Below are positions 27,530 through 36,926 of a stretch of DNA of 64,000 bases, piece by piece. The notes beneath the pieces were generated by a model. The model made no database searches, was not told the DNA's origin, and worked only from the letters and a program-made list of their open reading frames with translations. How positions within the stretch are numbered: the stretch's first letter is position 1; each line of letters begins with the position of its first letter. The position numbers and the translations under genes were made by a program. Source of the DNA: Candidatus Omnitrophota bacterium (GTDB lineage: Bacteria; Omnitrophota; Gorgyraeia; Gygaellales; Profunditerraquicolaceae); contig JAUSED010000002.1 of the NCBI GenBank assembly GCA_030650425.1, forward strand, positions 2,388 to 66,387. Reading direction: 5' to 3'.

Positions 27530-29089
27530 TCAGTGCCGGAAGTGGCGGATACCGGTGGTGACCATAGCTATTTTGTATTTATCGCAGGTTTTGATTATCT
27601 CTTCGTCGGCAATCGAACCACCGGGCTGGATAATCGCCCTGGCGCCGGCTTTATGCGCCCAGAGGATAGCATCCGGCTTAGGAAAGAAGGCATCGGAGGC
27701 CAAACAAGAATTAACGCTTAACTTTCCTGATTTTTTCTTGGCAATCATCACTGAATCAACCCGGGACATTTGCCCAGCGCCGATACCGACAGTCTTTGTT
27801 CCTTTAGTTAAAACAATGGCATTGGATTTAACATGCTTAGCCACTTTCCAACCGAAAATTAAACTCTCCATCTCTTGTTTGATAGGTTTTCTTTTAGTGA
27901 CTACTTTCAGGTTATTTAAATCCAGGGTAGCCAGATCTTTATCTTGCAGCAACAGTCCGCCGCTTACTCTTTTTAAATCCGGCTCATTGATCGGGCTTAG
28001 GTCGCTAAATTCAAGAATACGTAAGTTCTTCTTTTCTTTAAATAAGGCTAAAGCCTGAGGATCAAAACCCGGAGCAATAATACACTCTAAGAACCCGCTT
28101 TTTACGACGACCTTCGCGGTATTTAGGTCCATCCTCCGATTTAAAGCCACGATGCCCCCAAACGCCGAGAGGGTATCGCAAATCCAAGCGGATAAAAACG
28201 CCTTCTCTAAAGTTTTGTCTTCCGCTGCCCCACAGGGATTATTGTGTTTAACAATTACTGCCGCGGGATTCGTAAATTCGCGGACTAATTCAAAAGCGGA
28301 ATTTAAATCCAGAATATTATTAAATGAGAGTTCCTTGCCTTGTAATTGCCTTAGATTAATTAGGCCGGCGCTCTTACCTTTTTCTTTGTAAAAAGCCGCT
28401 TGTTGATGCGGGTTCTCTCCATAACGTAAATCCTGAATCTTCTCGAAAGAGAGAGTGAGTGTGCTCGGAAAACCCCCTGCTTGCGCGCAAGCGCCGCTAT
28501 TCCATCTGTTCAGGTATTCGAAGATCGCCGCGTCATATTTGGATGTACGGTTAAAAACTTCAATTCCTAAATCGCGCATCAGGCTATCCGGCAAAGCGCC
28601 TTTATTTTTCTTAAGCTCCTCAATCACTTGGGAATAACGGCTAGGATTGCAGATTACCGCTACTGAGCGGTGGTTTTTGGCGGCAGAGCGCAGCATAGAC
28701 GGGCCACCGATATCAATATTCTCAATCACTTCTTCAATGGAAACTCCGGGTTTTTGCGTCGTTTTTTCGAATGGATAAAGATTGACCACCACCATATCAA
28801 TCAGGCCGATATCATGCGCTTGGAGTGTTTGCATATGCTCCTCATTATCTCTTAAAGCCAGCAGCCCGCCGTGTATCTTAGGATGCAGGGTCTTCACCCG
28901 TCCATCGAGCATTTCAGGAAACCCGGTATATTCGGAGACTTCTTTAACCGGAATATTATTTTCGCGGAATAATTTTGCCGTACCTCCTGTCGAGAGGATC
29001 TCTACTCCGAATTTTTCTAATTCTTTTGCCAAATCCAATATCCCTGTCTTATCCGATACACTGATTAACGCACGCTTAATCTTAACCAT
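27530..29089 (-). CDS. purH: Bifunctional AICAR transformylase/IMP cyclohydrolase
   Basis: ALISVSDK, GRVKTLHP, LRYGENPHQ, GIRHFRH. Confidence 0.97.
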   Translation of the reverse strand: MVKIKRALISVSDKTGILDLAKELEKFGVEILSTGGTAKLFRENNIPVKEVSEYTGFPEMLDGRVKTLHPKIHGGLLALRDNEEHMQTLQAHDIGLIDMVVVNLYPFEKTTQKPGVSIEEVIENIDIGGPSMLRSAAKNHRSVAVICNPSRYSQVIEELKKNKGALPDSLMRDLGIEVFNRTSKYDAAIFEYLNRWNSGACAQAGGFPSTLTLSFEKIQDLRYGENPHQQAAFYKEKGKSAGLINLRQLQGKELSFNNILDLNSAFELVREFTNPAAVIVKHNNPCGAAEDKTLEKAFLSAWICDTLSAFGGIVALNRRMDLNTAKVVVKSGFLECIIAPGFDPQALALFKEKKNLRILEFSDLSPINEPDLKRVSGGLLLQDKDLATLDLNNLKVVTKRKPIKQEMESLIFGWKVAKHVKSNAIVLTKGTKTVGIGAGQMSRVDSVMIAKKKSGKLSVNSCLASDAFFPKPDAILWAHKAGARAIIQPGGSIADEEIIKTCDKYKIAMVTTGIRHFRH

Positions 29090-29107
29090 GATCATTTCTC
29101 CTAAAAG

Positions 29108-29809
29108 TTATTTATTAAACCTGAAGTTCGCCAGATCGCAGTCCTGCATGATATAATCTTTCTGCTCCAGGCGCATCTTACCTGCCTGCTTGGCTTGATT
29201 CTCTCCGCCGCATTCCATAAAATCCTTAAAGCTGATGATTTCAGCTCGAATAAATCCCTGCTGGATATCCGAATGTATCGCCCCGGAGGCCTCCCAGGCA
29301 TTTTCTCCGTTTTTGATTAACCAGGCCCGGGTATCTTTTTCACCGGTGGTAAAGAAACTAATGAATCCGCTTTCTTTTAATACCTTGGCTAATAAAGTAT
29401 TCTTATCTTCTAAATCCGCTTGAGCCGCAACAATTACCGGCTTAGCCGTAAACAGCCCGTATTTAACTAATACCTGCTTCTCTTCGCTAGTTAACTCGGC
29501 AGAATAAATAAACTGTTCTTTTTCCAAAAAGTTTTTCAATTTATTTAATAAAGCTTTCTCCGCTTCCTCGCTTGAACGCGAAAGCCGCGTCTCGACGAAC
29601 TCCAAGTCTTTGAGGATAAGGTCGCTCGCCGAATCCTTAGCTACCAGAATCGCGCCCGCGTCAATAGCCGCATCCTCTCCGACAACTTCAACTTGAATAT
29701 AGGTTTTTTTCTTGGCCTTGGTGATGCTATCCACCTGATCCAGGCGGGGATCCTTAATATTATGTTTCCCGGGGGTAATCTCCGGTAATCCGATTACGCT
29801 GATTTTCAT
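29108..29809 (-). CDS. Short YchF-like protein (DUF933/TGS C-terminus) lacking the P-loop
   Basis: SFFTTGEKDTRAW..AIHSDIQQGFIRAEII..GKMRLEQKDYIMQDCD..FRFN; the N-terminus has GLP but no NVGKS. Confidence 0.8.
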   Translation of the reverse strand: MKISVIGLPEITPGKHNIKDPRLDQVDSITKAKKKTYIQVEVVGEDAAIDAGAILVAKDSASDLILKDLEFVETRLSRSSEEAEKALLNKLKNFLEKEQFIYSAELTSEEKQVLVKYGLFTAKPVIVAAQADLEDKNTLLAKVLKESGFISFFTTGEKDTRAWLIKNGENAWEASGAIHSDIQQGFIRAEIISFKDFMECGGENQAKQAGKMRLEQKDYIMQDCDLANFRFNK

Positions 29810-29817
29810 AGAAATGA

Positions 29818-31773
29818 TTACTGCTCTTCCTGTTTTTTGGTAGCTTGATATTGAGTAATGATAGGAGCGCTCACCTTACGCGGCACTTCTTCGTAGTGTG
29901 AAAAACGCATGGTATATTGCCCCCGGCCTCCGGTGATCGAACGCAGGTCATTGGCGTATTTAAACATCTCGGAGAGCGGCGCCTGCACTTTGACCATCTG
30001 TTGTTTTCCTTTTACCTCCATCCCGATAACCCTCCCCCGCCGGGAATTTATATCTCCGGAGATAGCGCCGAGGCATTCTTCCGGTATGTTTATATCCACA
30101 TCCATGATCGGCTCTAATAATACCGGGCCAGCCTCCATTACTGCCTTGCGTAAAGCCATTGCCCCGGCAATCTGAAAAGCCATATCCGAAGAATCAACTT
30201 CGTGGTATGAACCGTCAACCAGAGTAACCCGGATATCTTCGATTGGGTACCCGGCGACAGCTCCTTCCAAGACTGCCTGGCGCACCCCTTTCTCGACGGA
30301 AGGAATAAAATTACGCGGGATAGCGCCTCCGAATATCTTATCGACAAACTCCAGGCCTTTGCCTCTTGCCAATGGACTAACCTCAAGCCAACAATCGCCG
30401 TATTGTCCGCGGCCTCCTGACTGGCGCTTAAATTTACCCTGGACCTTAATAGTTTTGGTAATCGTTTCTTTATAAGAAACTTTCGGCGTCCCTAATTCCA
30501 CTGCGACATTAAATCTCTTTTTCATCCGGCCGACCATCACTGCCAGATGCAGGTCGCCTAAGCCGGAAACAATCAGTTCTTTAGTCTGCGGGTCGTGCCT
30601 AACCCCGAAGGTGTGGTCTTCTGCCGCCAGTTTATGCAAGGCATCGGAAATTTTTTCTTCATCCTCGCGGGATTTTGGTTTAACCGAAGCAGAGATCGCG
30701 GCTTCGGGGAAGGCTATCGGCTCAAACAAGAATTGCTCTTTATCCGCCGAGAGCGAATCCGAGACGCCCGTCTCTTTCAACTTGGCAATGGCAACAATAT
30801 CCCCGCAAGTAGCAGCCTCAATCTGTCTCTCCTCTTTACCCTGCAAAAGATAAATCGGGCCGATTCTTTCTTTTAAGTTTTTGTTCACGTTATAAAAACC
30901 CGCGTTCGCTAAAAGCTTCCCGGAAAAAACGCGTAATAATGTAAGTTGGCCTACAAACGGATCCGAAATATTTTTAAAAACAAAAGCTGAGAACGGAGCA
31001 TCTTCTTTAAGAGAAAGCTCTTTTTGCTCATCGGGCTTAGTAGAATTAAATACCTTTACAGGATTCCTTTCGGCTGGATCAGGCAGGTATTGCAAAATGT
31101 CCTCTAAAAGATCTTTAATCCCTTGATCGCTCAGCGCTGAACCAGCCAGAACCGGAAAAATCTTGCGCTTACTCACCGCCCGGGCTAACCCAACCTTAAT
31201 CTCCTCCATCGAGAGCCGAAGGGTGGAAAGGTATTTTTCCAATAAGCTATCATCACTTTCAGCGATTGCTTCTACTAAAAGCGGGTCTTCCAAAGATTGA
31301 ATGATCACGCAATTTTTAGAAAGATTGGATTTTAAATCTGCCAGGACTTTATTGATATCCGCGCCTTCTTTGTCCATCTTATTGATAAAGATCATAGATG
31401 GTAAATTAGCTTCCTGGGCCATCTCCCAGGCGCGCGTAGTCCCTACCTGTACGCCGCTTAGCGCATCCACCACAATCAGCGCGCTGTCTACCGCGCGCAG
31501 GCCAGAGATAACCTCTCCGAAAAAATCCGCGTACCCGGGCGTATCGACGATCTGTATACGATTTCCCTGATAATCACAAAAGAGCAGGCTTAAATTTATC
31601 GAGTTTTTCTTTTCTATTTCATCAAAACTGTAGTCGCTGACCGTTGTCCCGTCTTCAACCTTACCTTTGCGGGTCGTAGCTTTAGTGAAATAAAGTATGC
31701 TTTCAGCGAGGGTCGTTTTACCGGACTGGGCATGGCCTAAAAGGATGAGATTGCGTTTATTTTTCACATCCAT
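29818..31773 (-). CDS. Elongation factor G paralog (EF-G2-like)
   Basis: GHAQSGKTT, DTPGYADF, NKMD, RQSGGRGQYG, GSYHEVDSS, LLEPIM. Confidence 0.92.
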   Translation of the reverse strand: MDVKNKRNLILLGHAQSGKTTLAESILYFTKATTRKGKVEDGTTVSDYSFDEIEKKNSINLSLLFCDYQGNRIQIVDTPGYADFFGEVISGLRAVDSALIVVDALSGVQVGTTRAWEMAQEANLPSMIFINKMDKEGADINKVLADLKSNLSKNCVIIQSLEDPLLVEAIAESDDSLLEKYLSTLRLSMEEIKVGLARAVSKRKIFPVLAGSALSDQGIKDLLEDILQYLPDPAERNPVKVFNSTKPDEQKELSLKEDAPFSAFVFKNISDPFVGQLTLLRVFSGKLLANAGFYNVNKNLKERIGPIYLLQGKEERQIEAATCGDIVAIAKLKETGVSDSLSADKEQFLFEPIAFPEAAISASVKPKSREDEEKISDALHKLAAEDHTFGVRHDPQTKELIVSGLGDLHLAVMVGRMKKRFNVAVELGTPKVSYKETITKTIKVQGKFKRQSGGRGQYGDCWLEVSPLARGKGLEFVDKIFGGAIPRNFIPSVEKGVRQAVLEGAVAGYPIEDIRVTLVDGSYHEVDSSDMAFQIAGAMALRKAVMEAGPVLLEPIMDVDINIPEECLGAISGDINSRRGRVIGMEVKGKQQMVKVQAPLSEMFKYANDLRSITGGRGQYTMRFSHYEEVPRKVSAPIITQYQATKKQEEQ

Positions 31774-31795
31774 GGCAGTATTTCCTTAAAGCAGG

Positions 31796-31824
31796 CCCAT
31801 GTACACCTACGCGGTATACATGGG
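31796..31824. repeat. Intergenic hairpin of the TGTACACC family
   Basis: CCCATGTACACC-tacgc-GGTATACATGGG. Confidence 0.65.
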
Positions 31825-31832
31825 TTAATCAA

Positions 31833-33020
31833 CTATTCCAGGTAGGTATAAATCTTGCCTTTATAATTGCGCAGGACGTATTTCCCCTTTGCCTGCGAAA
31901 GGATGTAATTCGGGCCCACGGGGATCTTGCCTCCTCCCCCCGGTCCGTCAATAACATAGGTAGGGACAGCGTATCCGGAAGTATGGCCGCGTAATTTTTC
32001 CATAATGTTGATCCCGGCGGCAACCGGGGTCCTGAAATGCTGCGTGCCCCGAACCGGGTCGCACTGATAGATATAGTAAGGCCTAACCCTGACCTGCAAT
32101 AATTCATGCACCAGCTTTTTCATGATATAGGGACGGTCATTAACACCTTTTAAAAGCACAGTCTGGCTGCCCAAAGGAATTCCGGCATCCGCTAACATAT
32201 CGCAGGCAATTTTGCAACGCTTGGTTATTTCTTTCGGGTGATTAAAATGTATGCTCATCCAAATTGGCGAATATTTTTTAAGCATATTCGCCAATTTTTC
32301 CGTAATCCGCTGAGGGAGGGTCACCGGAACGCGCGTGCCCAGCCTTAAAAATTCCACATGCGATATAGAACGGATCCTTTCAAGCAGATTCTCTAATTCC
32401 TCATCTTCTAAAATTAACGGGTCTCCTCCGGATATAAGCACATCCCTTATTTTACGGTTAGCCTTGATATATTCTATAGCCCCGTCAAACCTGTTGGCGG
32501 ACGCGGGATTTTTCTCTTCGTGGTCGCCGACTAAACGCCTGCGCGTGCAATGGCGGCAGTACATCGCGCAATGATCGGTAGCTAATAATAAAACCCTGTC
32601 CGGATAACGGTGCACCAAGTGAGGCGCGGGAGAATCCCTGTCCTCCGCGCAAGGATCAGTCATTTCATGGGGAGTGATCATTGATTCCTGGATCACAGGG
32701 ACAGCCTGACGCCTAATCGGGCAATTGGGATCATCAGGATCTAATAACGTCCCCCAGTAAGGAGTGATCGCCATGGATAACCGTCCTTTGGCCTTATCTA
32801 TCCCCTTCTCTTCGTCGGGAGTTAAGGTAATAATCTGCGACAGGATATCCTTGACGCAGATTCTGTTTTTTATCTGCCAATGCCAATCTTCCCAATCTAA
32901 CGGGTTAACGTCTTTATAAATGCCGATCTGCTGGTAATCGCGCGGCTTCTTGGAAGTGCGGGGTAGCGGAGCGCTCTCCTGCTGCAATTTTTGATTTTCA
33001 ATTGCCTGAAGGCTCGTCAA
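31833..33020 (-). CDS. KamA-family radical SAM aminomutase (lysine 2,3-aminomutase-like)
   Basis: HRYPDRVL, CAMYCRHCTRRR, SGGDPL, RGHTSGYAVP, GGGGKIP. Confidence 0.93.
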   Translation of the reverse strand: MTSLQAIENQKLQQESAPLPRTSKKPRDYQQIGIYKDVNPLDWEDWHWQIKNRICVKDILSQIITLTPDEEKGIDKAKGRLSMAITPYWGTLLDPDDPNCPIRRQAVPVIQESMITPHEMTDPCAEDRDSPAPHLVHRYPDRVLLLATDHCAMYCRHCTRRRLVGDHEEKNPASANRFDGAIEYIKANRKIRDVLISGGDPLILEDEELENLLERIRSISHVEFLRLGTRVPVTLPQRITEKLANMLKKYSPIWMSIHFNHPKEITKRCKIACDMLADAGIPLGSQTVLLKGVNDRPYIMKKLVHELLQVRVRPYYIYQCDPVRGTQHFRTPVAAGINIMEKLRGHTSGYAVPTYVIDGPGGGGKIPVGPNYILSQAKGKYVLRNYKGKIYTYLE

Positions 33021-34018
33021 TTTAACCCTTTCCTTTCTGAGGCGCTCAAGATGATTGCCTCAATCAGATCTTCGTATTTCATCCCGGCGGCGTAAGCCAT
33101 AATCGGAAAATTCGATTCTTGAGGATCCAATCCCGGTAATGGATTTATCTCCAATACATATGGCACATTAAATTTATCCAAACGTATATCGGTACGCGAA
33201 ATATCCAGGCATCCTACCGCGCGGTGCGTCTTAAGCGCGACTTCTTTTACCCTTGCCTCAACATCCTTATCCAGGCGCGCCGGGCAATGAAAAACAGGCA
33301 CTAGCCCAAGCTCCCTGTTCCCCTGATACTCTTTCATCTTCCAGGAATAAAAATATTCTCCGCTATTTTTGCACTCCGAAAAATCTATCTCCAGAATCGG
33401 CAGGACCCGGGTCTTCCCGTTCTCTAATATCCCGACGGTAAGTTCTTTACCTTCGATAAATTCTTCGGCTAAGGCTTCCTGATGATAGGAACTCAGTGTC
33501 TCTTTCACTCTCTTAAAGAGATCATCGGCGTTATCCACGACATTCGCCTTGCTGATCCCTTTGGCCGAACCTTCGCAATTGGGTTTTACGATTAACGGAA
33601 ATTTTAACGCCGGATCTAATTCTTCGCTGCCTTTGGTAAAGAGCTGGAAATTCGGAGTGGGGATATTTTCCGCTTTTAAGATTTTTTTGGTAATGGTTTT
33701 ATTTAAGGCCAAGGCCAATGAAAAAGTATCCGAGCCTGTGTAGGGAATATTCAGGTAATCCAATATTGCCGGCACCTCTGACTCGCGGAATTTACCGGAT
33801 TGCCCTTCGGCAATATTAAAAACCATATCCACGGAATTTTTTCTGAAATAAGAGAAGAGTTTGGGATATTCCACGTCGATAGCTTCGACATGATGGCCTT
33901 TGGCCTTAATAGCGCTTACAATGGCGTTAATCGTCTCTTCGGAATCGTATTCCGAGAAATAATCCGCGGGCTTAGTTTCGTCTTTTTTCTTTAAATTGTA
34001 GGTTAATGCGATTTTCAT
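33017..34018 (-). CDS. ATP-grasp ligase, D-Ala-D-Ala ligase-like
   Basis: VFNIAEG, PLIVKPNCEGSAKG, EEFIEG, LEINPLPGL. Confidence 0.9.
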   Translation of the reverse strand: MKIALTYNLKKKDETKPADYFSEYDSEETINAIVSAIKAKGHHVEAIDVEYPKLFSYFRKNSVDMVFNIAEGQSGKFRESEVPAILDYLNIPYTGSDTFSLALALNKTITKKILKAENIPTPNFQLFTKGSEELDPALKFPLIVKPNCEGSAKGISKANVVDNADDLFKRVKETLSSYHQEALAEEFIEGKELTVGILENGKTRVLPILEIDFSECKNSGEYFYSWKMKEYQGNRELGLVPVFHCPARLDKDVEARVKEVALKTHRAVGCLDISRTDIRLDKFNVPYVLEINPLPGLDPQESNFPIMAYAAGMKYEDLIEAIILSASERKGLN

Positions 34019-34024
34019 TCTATG

Positions 34025-35014
34025 TTAATTTAAATTATGCCTTTTAATCGCGCTATTCAATATTTTTCCGATCATCTGTTCGTAGGTAATCCCGGTATGC
34101 TCCGCTACCAGCTTGAAGACGTCTTCCGTAGAGAGCGAAGGCAAAGGATTAATCTCTAAAACATAAGGTTTCCCTTCACTATCTACGCGAAAATCAACCC
34201 GGCCAAAATCGCAGCAATCCACCGACTTATAAGTCCTTAAAGCGAGCTCGTCGATCTTTTTCTTTAAGTCTTGGGAAATTTTCGCGGGGCAGATGTATTC
34301 CAGCCTATCCGAAGTAATCCGGGCAAAGGTGTAAAATTTATCATTCAGTTTTAATTTTCCGTCGATCTTGATCTGGACAGCCGGCAACACTTCTACCGGG
34401 TCATTTCCGGCGAGCGCCACGGTGAATTCCTGTCCGGAGATAAATTCTTCGACCAATGCCGGTTGTTTATAGGCTGTGACGATATACTCAACCTGTTTAG
34501 CCAATTCTTCTCTGGTCTCTACCCGGGAACTTTCACTCAGGCCTTTGGATGAACCCTCGAAGCGCGGTTTGACGATAAGCGGAAATTTGTGATGATTAAT
34601 ATTGGCTAATTCGGATACGGAACTGACTTCAAAAAATTTCGGGGTGGGGATTTTTTCGGCGATAAAAATCTTTTTGGCCATTACCTTATCGAGGGTAAGG
34701 CCCAGGGTAAGCGCGTCTGATCCGACGAAAGGGATTCCGGCCATCTCAAGCAATATAGGAACCTGGGATTCACGATTCCTTCCAGTGAGGCCTTCGGAGA
34801 TATTGAAAACGATGTCCACTTTTAAAGAGGATAATTTTTCCAGAAGGTTACCGGCATTGCCAATTCTTTCCACCTTAAAACCATTTGATTCAATCGCGGA
34901 AGCTATAACATCAATAGTCGAAGGATGGTCAAATTCCGCGTTGGCATCCGCGGGATCTCCCTCCTTAAACTGATAATCTGACTTTAAATCGTAAGTTAAT
35001 CCTACTATTTTCAT
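34025..35014 (-). CDS. ATP-grasp ligase, D-Ala-D-Ala ligase-like (paralog)
   Basis: VFNISEG, PLIVKPRFEGSSKG, RVDFR, LEINPLPSL. Confidence 0.9.
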   Translation of the reverse strand: MKIVGLTYDLKSDYQFKEGDPADANAEFDHPSTIDVIASAIESNGFKVERIGNAGNLLEKLSSLKVDIVFNISEGLTGRNRESQVPILLEMAGIPFVGSDALTLGLTLDKVMAKKIFIAEKIPTPKFFEVSSVSELANINHHKFPLIVKPRFEGSSKGLSESSRVETREELAKQVEYIVTAYKQPALVEEFISGQEFTVALAGNDPVEVLPAVQIKIDGKLKLNDKFYTFARITSDRLEYICPAKISQDLKKKIDELALRTYKSVDCCDFGRVDFRVDSEGKPYVLEINPLPSLSTEDVFKLVAEHTGITYEQMIGKILNSAIKRHNLN

Positions 35015-35034
35015 AAAGTTTTAGCTCCGCTTAC

Positions 35035-35170
35035 AAAAAAAGGCTCTTATTGTCCTAAAGAGCCCTTATCCACCTGCCTGATTTTTCCAATTTATCTTTC
35101 CTGCCTCCGAAAAATTTATCTAAGTGTTGTATTTATGATATTTTTTACCACAATATGTTATAGTTGTCAA
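35035..35170 (-). promoter_or_regulatory. Promoter and 5' leader containing an intrinsic terminator (putative attenuator)
   Basis: TTGACA at 35170-35165; hairpin GGCTCTT-N9-AAGAGCC-T7 at 35064-35035, upstream of the ATG at 35014. Confidence 0.6.
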
Positions 35171-35176
35171 GAAATT

Positions 35177-35914
35177 TCAACGAACAAACTCAACTTTTCC
35201 CCAGGTAATCAAATTATTTTTTAAAATAATCACTACCCCTAAAATGCCCTTAATTGAACGGGCGAAGTCCAGCGCCCGCTGCAGGTCCTCCTTGGAATTG
35301 ATCCGGTTGGCTGTCGCGGTAGCTACGCTATCGGCAAGGCTGGTGCTTTTAGAGAGGATAACCACGCTGTCCGCGCAGCCGAAACTTAAAGAATGGCCTA
35401 TTGTCCCTGAAGAAGTGCAGATGCCTAACGGCATATCTTTAGGCCTGATCTCTAATTGAAGTTTATTCCACAATTTAGAGCGTCCTACATATACGCCAAT
35501 CCTGCGGATCTTACGCGACTTTAAGAATATATCCCCGCCGTTTTCGACAATTACGTCTTTGTACCCGGCCTTAAGTAAATCCCTCCCCAGAAATTCGGCG
35601 ATTGCTCCGGCAACCGTGCTCATTGGCCCGACGTTAGCCCGCCCAGATTGTTCAGCCATCTCTTTCACGATAGGATCGGCATTCAATTCAATGGGAATAG
35701 GTTTTAACGCGGTAAGAAAACGATGATCCTTATTGATATAATTTTCAATTTCCCAGCGATAAGCGCGTATCCTCTCTTCGACAAATCCCGCTTTTAAAGG
35801 TTTATTAGTAAAAATCCGCAGGTCTGTTTCTTTAGCGGCTACGTGGGTAGAATAAAGGTCTTTGGCTCTAGCCCAATCACGGTAAAAACATTTCATGTAT
35901 CTGGATGATTTCAT
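35177..35914 (-). CDS. UPF0280/ApbE-like protein
   Basis: ETDL, VGPMSTVAGAIAE, VENGGDI, CTSSGTIGHSLSFGCAD. Confidence 0.9.
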   Translation of the reverse strand: MKSSRYMKCFYRDWARAKDLYSTHVAAKETDLRIFTNKPLKAGFVEERIRAYRWEIENYINKDHRFLTALKPIPIELNADPIVKEMAEQSGRANVGPMSTVAGAIAEFLGRDLLKAGYKDVIVENGGDIFLKSRKIRRIGVYVGRSKLWNKLQLEIRPKDMPLGICTSSGTIGHSLSFGCADSVVILSKSTSLADSVATATANRINSKEDLQRALDFARSIKGILGVVIILKNNLITWGKVEFVR

Positions 35915-35915
35915 C

Positions 35916-36926
35916 TTAACAAATCCTCGGCAGTGGTTCAGAAGTCAACATATCCAAAATGCGTTCAGTATTAAAAACAGTGCGTAAGATTACCCGGCCC
36001 GCGGGCTTTTTAACCACCGTCCCGATAATTTCTGCGTTTTTTCCCAAAGGATGCCTTCTGAGCAAACGAATAACTTTATCCGCTTCTTCAGGAACAACCA
36101 CTAACAAAGCCTTTCCCTCATTGGCAACATATAACGAGTCTATGCCTAGCAATTCAGAGACAGCCTTAATTTTTTTTGATACCGGTATATTCTTCTCGTC
36201 AATGAATATACCTAAATTAGAGGCTTCCGCTATTTCATTTAAGGTTGTCGCTATTCCTCCCCGCGTCGGGTCGCGCATAAATTTTATTCCTGTAGTTTTT
36301 TCCAGGAGCGGAAGGATTAAGCCGTTTAGGCTGGCGCAATCGCTTTTAATATTCAGCTTTAAATCCAATTCTTTTCTTTTCGCTAAAACGCTAAAGCCGT
36401 GTTCAGCAATATTACCGGTGATAATAATCTTGTCTTGGCAAGATATATTCTTTACCGAAAGTTTTCTGGATGTAAGCAACCTGCCTATGCCTGAGGTATT
36501 AATAAATAATTTATCCGCGGCCAGCTTCTCCACGACCTTGGTGTCTCCGGTGACCACCTTGACCGCTGCTGCTTTAGCGTAACTAGATATGGAATCGATT
36601 ATTTTTTCCAAAATACTAATCTCCAAGCCTTCCTCGATAATCAAAGCCAGAGAAATATATTCGGGAAGAGCGCCCAGCATAACCAAATCATTAATCGTTC
36701 CGGTTACGGCTAGTTTACCAATATCTCCTCCGGGGAAAAATAGCGGGCTGACCACGAAAGAATCGGTAGTAAAAGCTATTTTTTCTTGATAGTCGATAAC
36801 CGCGCTATCCGCGAGCTCACTTAGAATAGGGTTATCAAATTTCTTAAGCAGCGTGCTTTGAATAAAGTTATGGGTCAGCCTTCCGCCGCTGCCATGGCCA
36901 AGTAATATTTTAGTTGTTTTTTCCAC
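35916..36926 (-). CDS. hypE: Hydrogenase maturation protein HypE
   Basis: HGSGG, TTDSFVVSPLFFPGGDIG, MRDPTRGG, C-terminal LPRIC; GTG start at 36926 inferred. Confidence 0.95.
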   Translation of the reverse strand: MEKTTKILLGHGSGGRLTHNFIQSTLLKKFDNPILSELADSAVIDYQEKIAFTTDSFVVSPLFFPGGDIGKLAVTGTINDLVMLGALPEYISLALIIEEGLEISILEKIIDSISSYAKAAAVKVVTGDTKVVEKLAADKLFINTSGIGRLLTSRKLSVKNISCQDKIIITGNIAEHGFSVLAKRKELDLKLNIKSDCASLNGLILPLLEKTTGIKFMRDPTRGGIATTLNEIAEASNLGIFIDEKNIPVSKKIKAVSELLGIDSLYVANEGKALLVVVPEEADKVIRLLRRHPLGKNAEIIGTVVKKPAGRVILRTVFNTERILDMLTSEPLPRIC

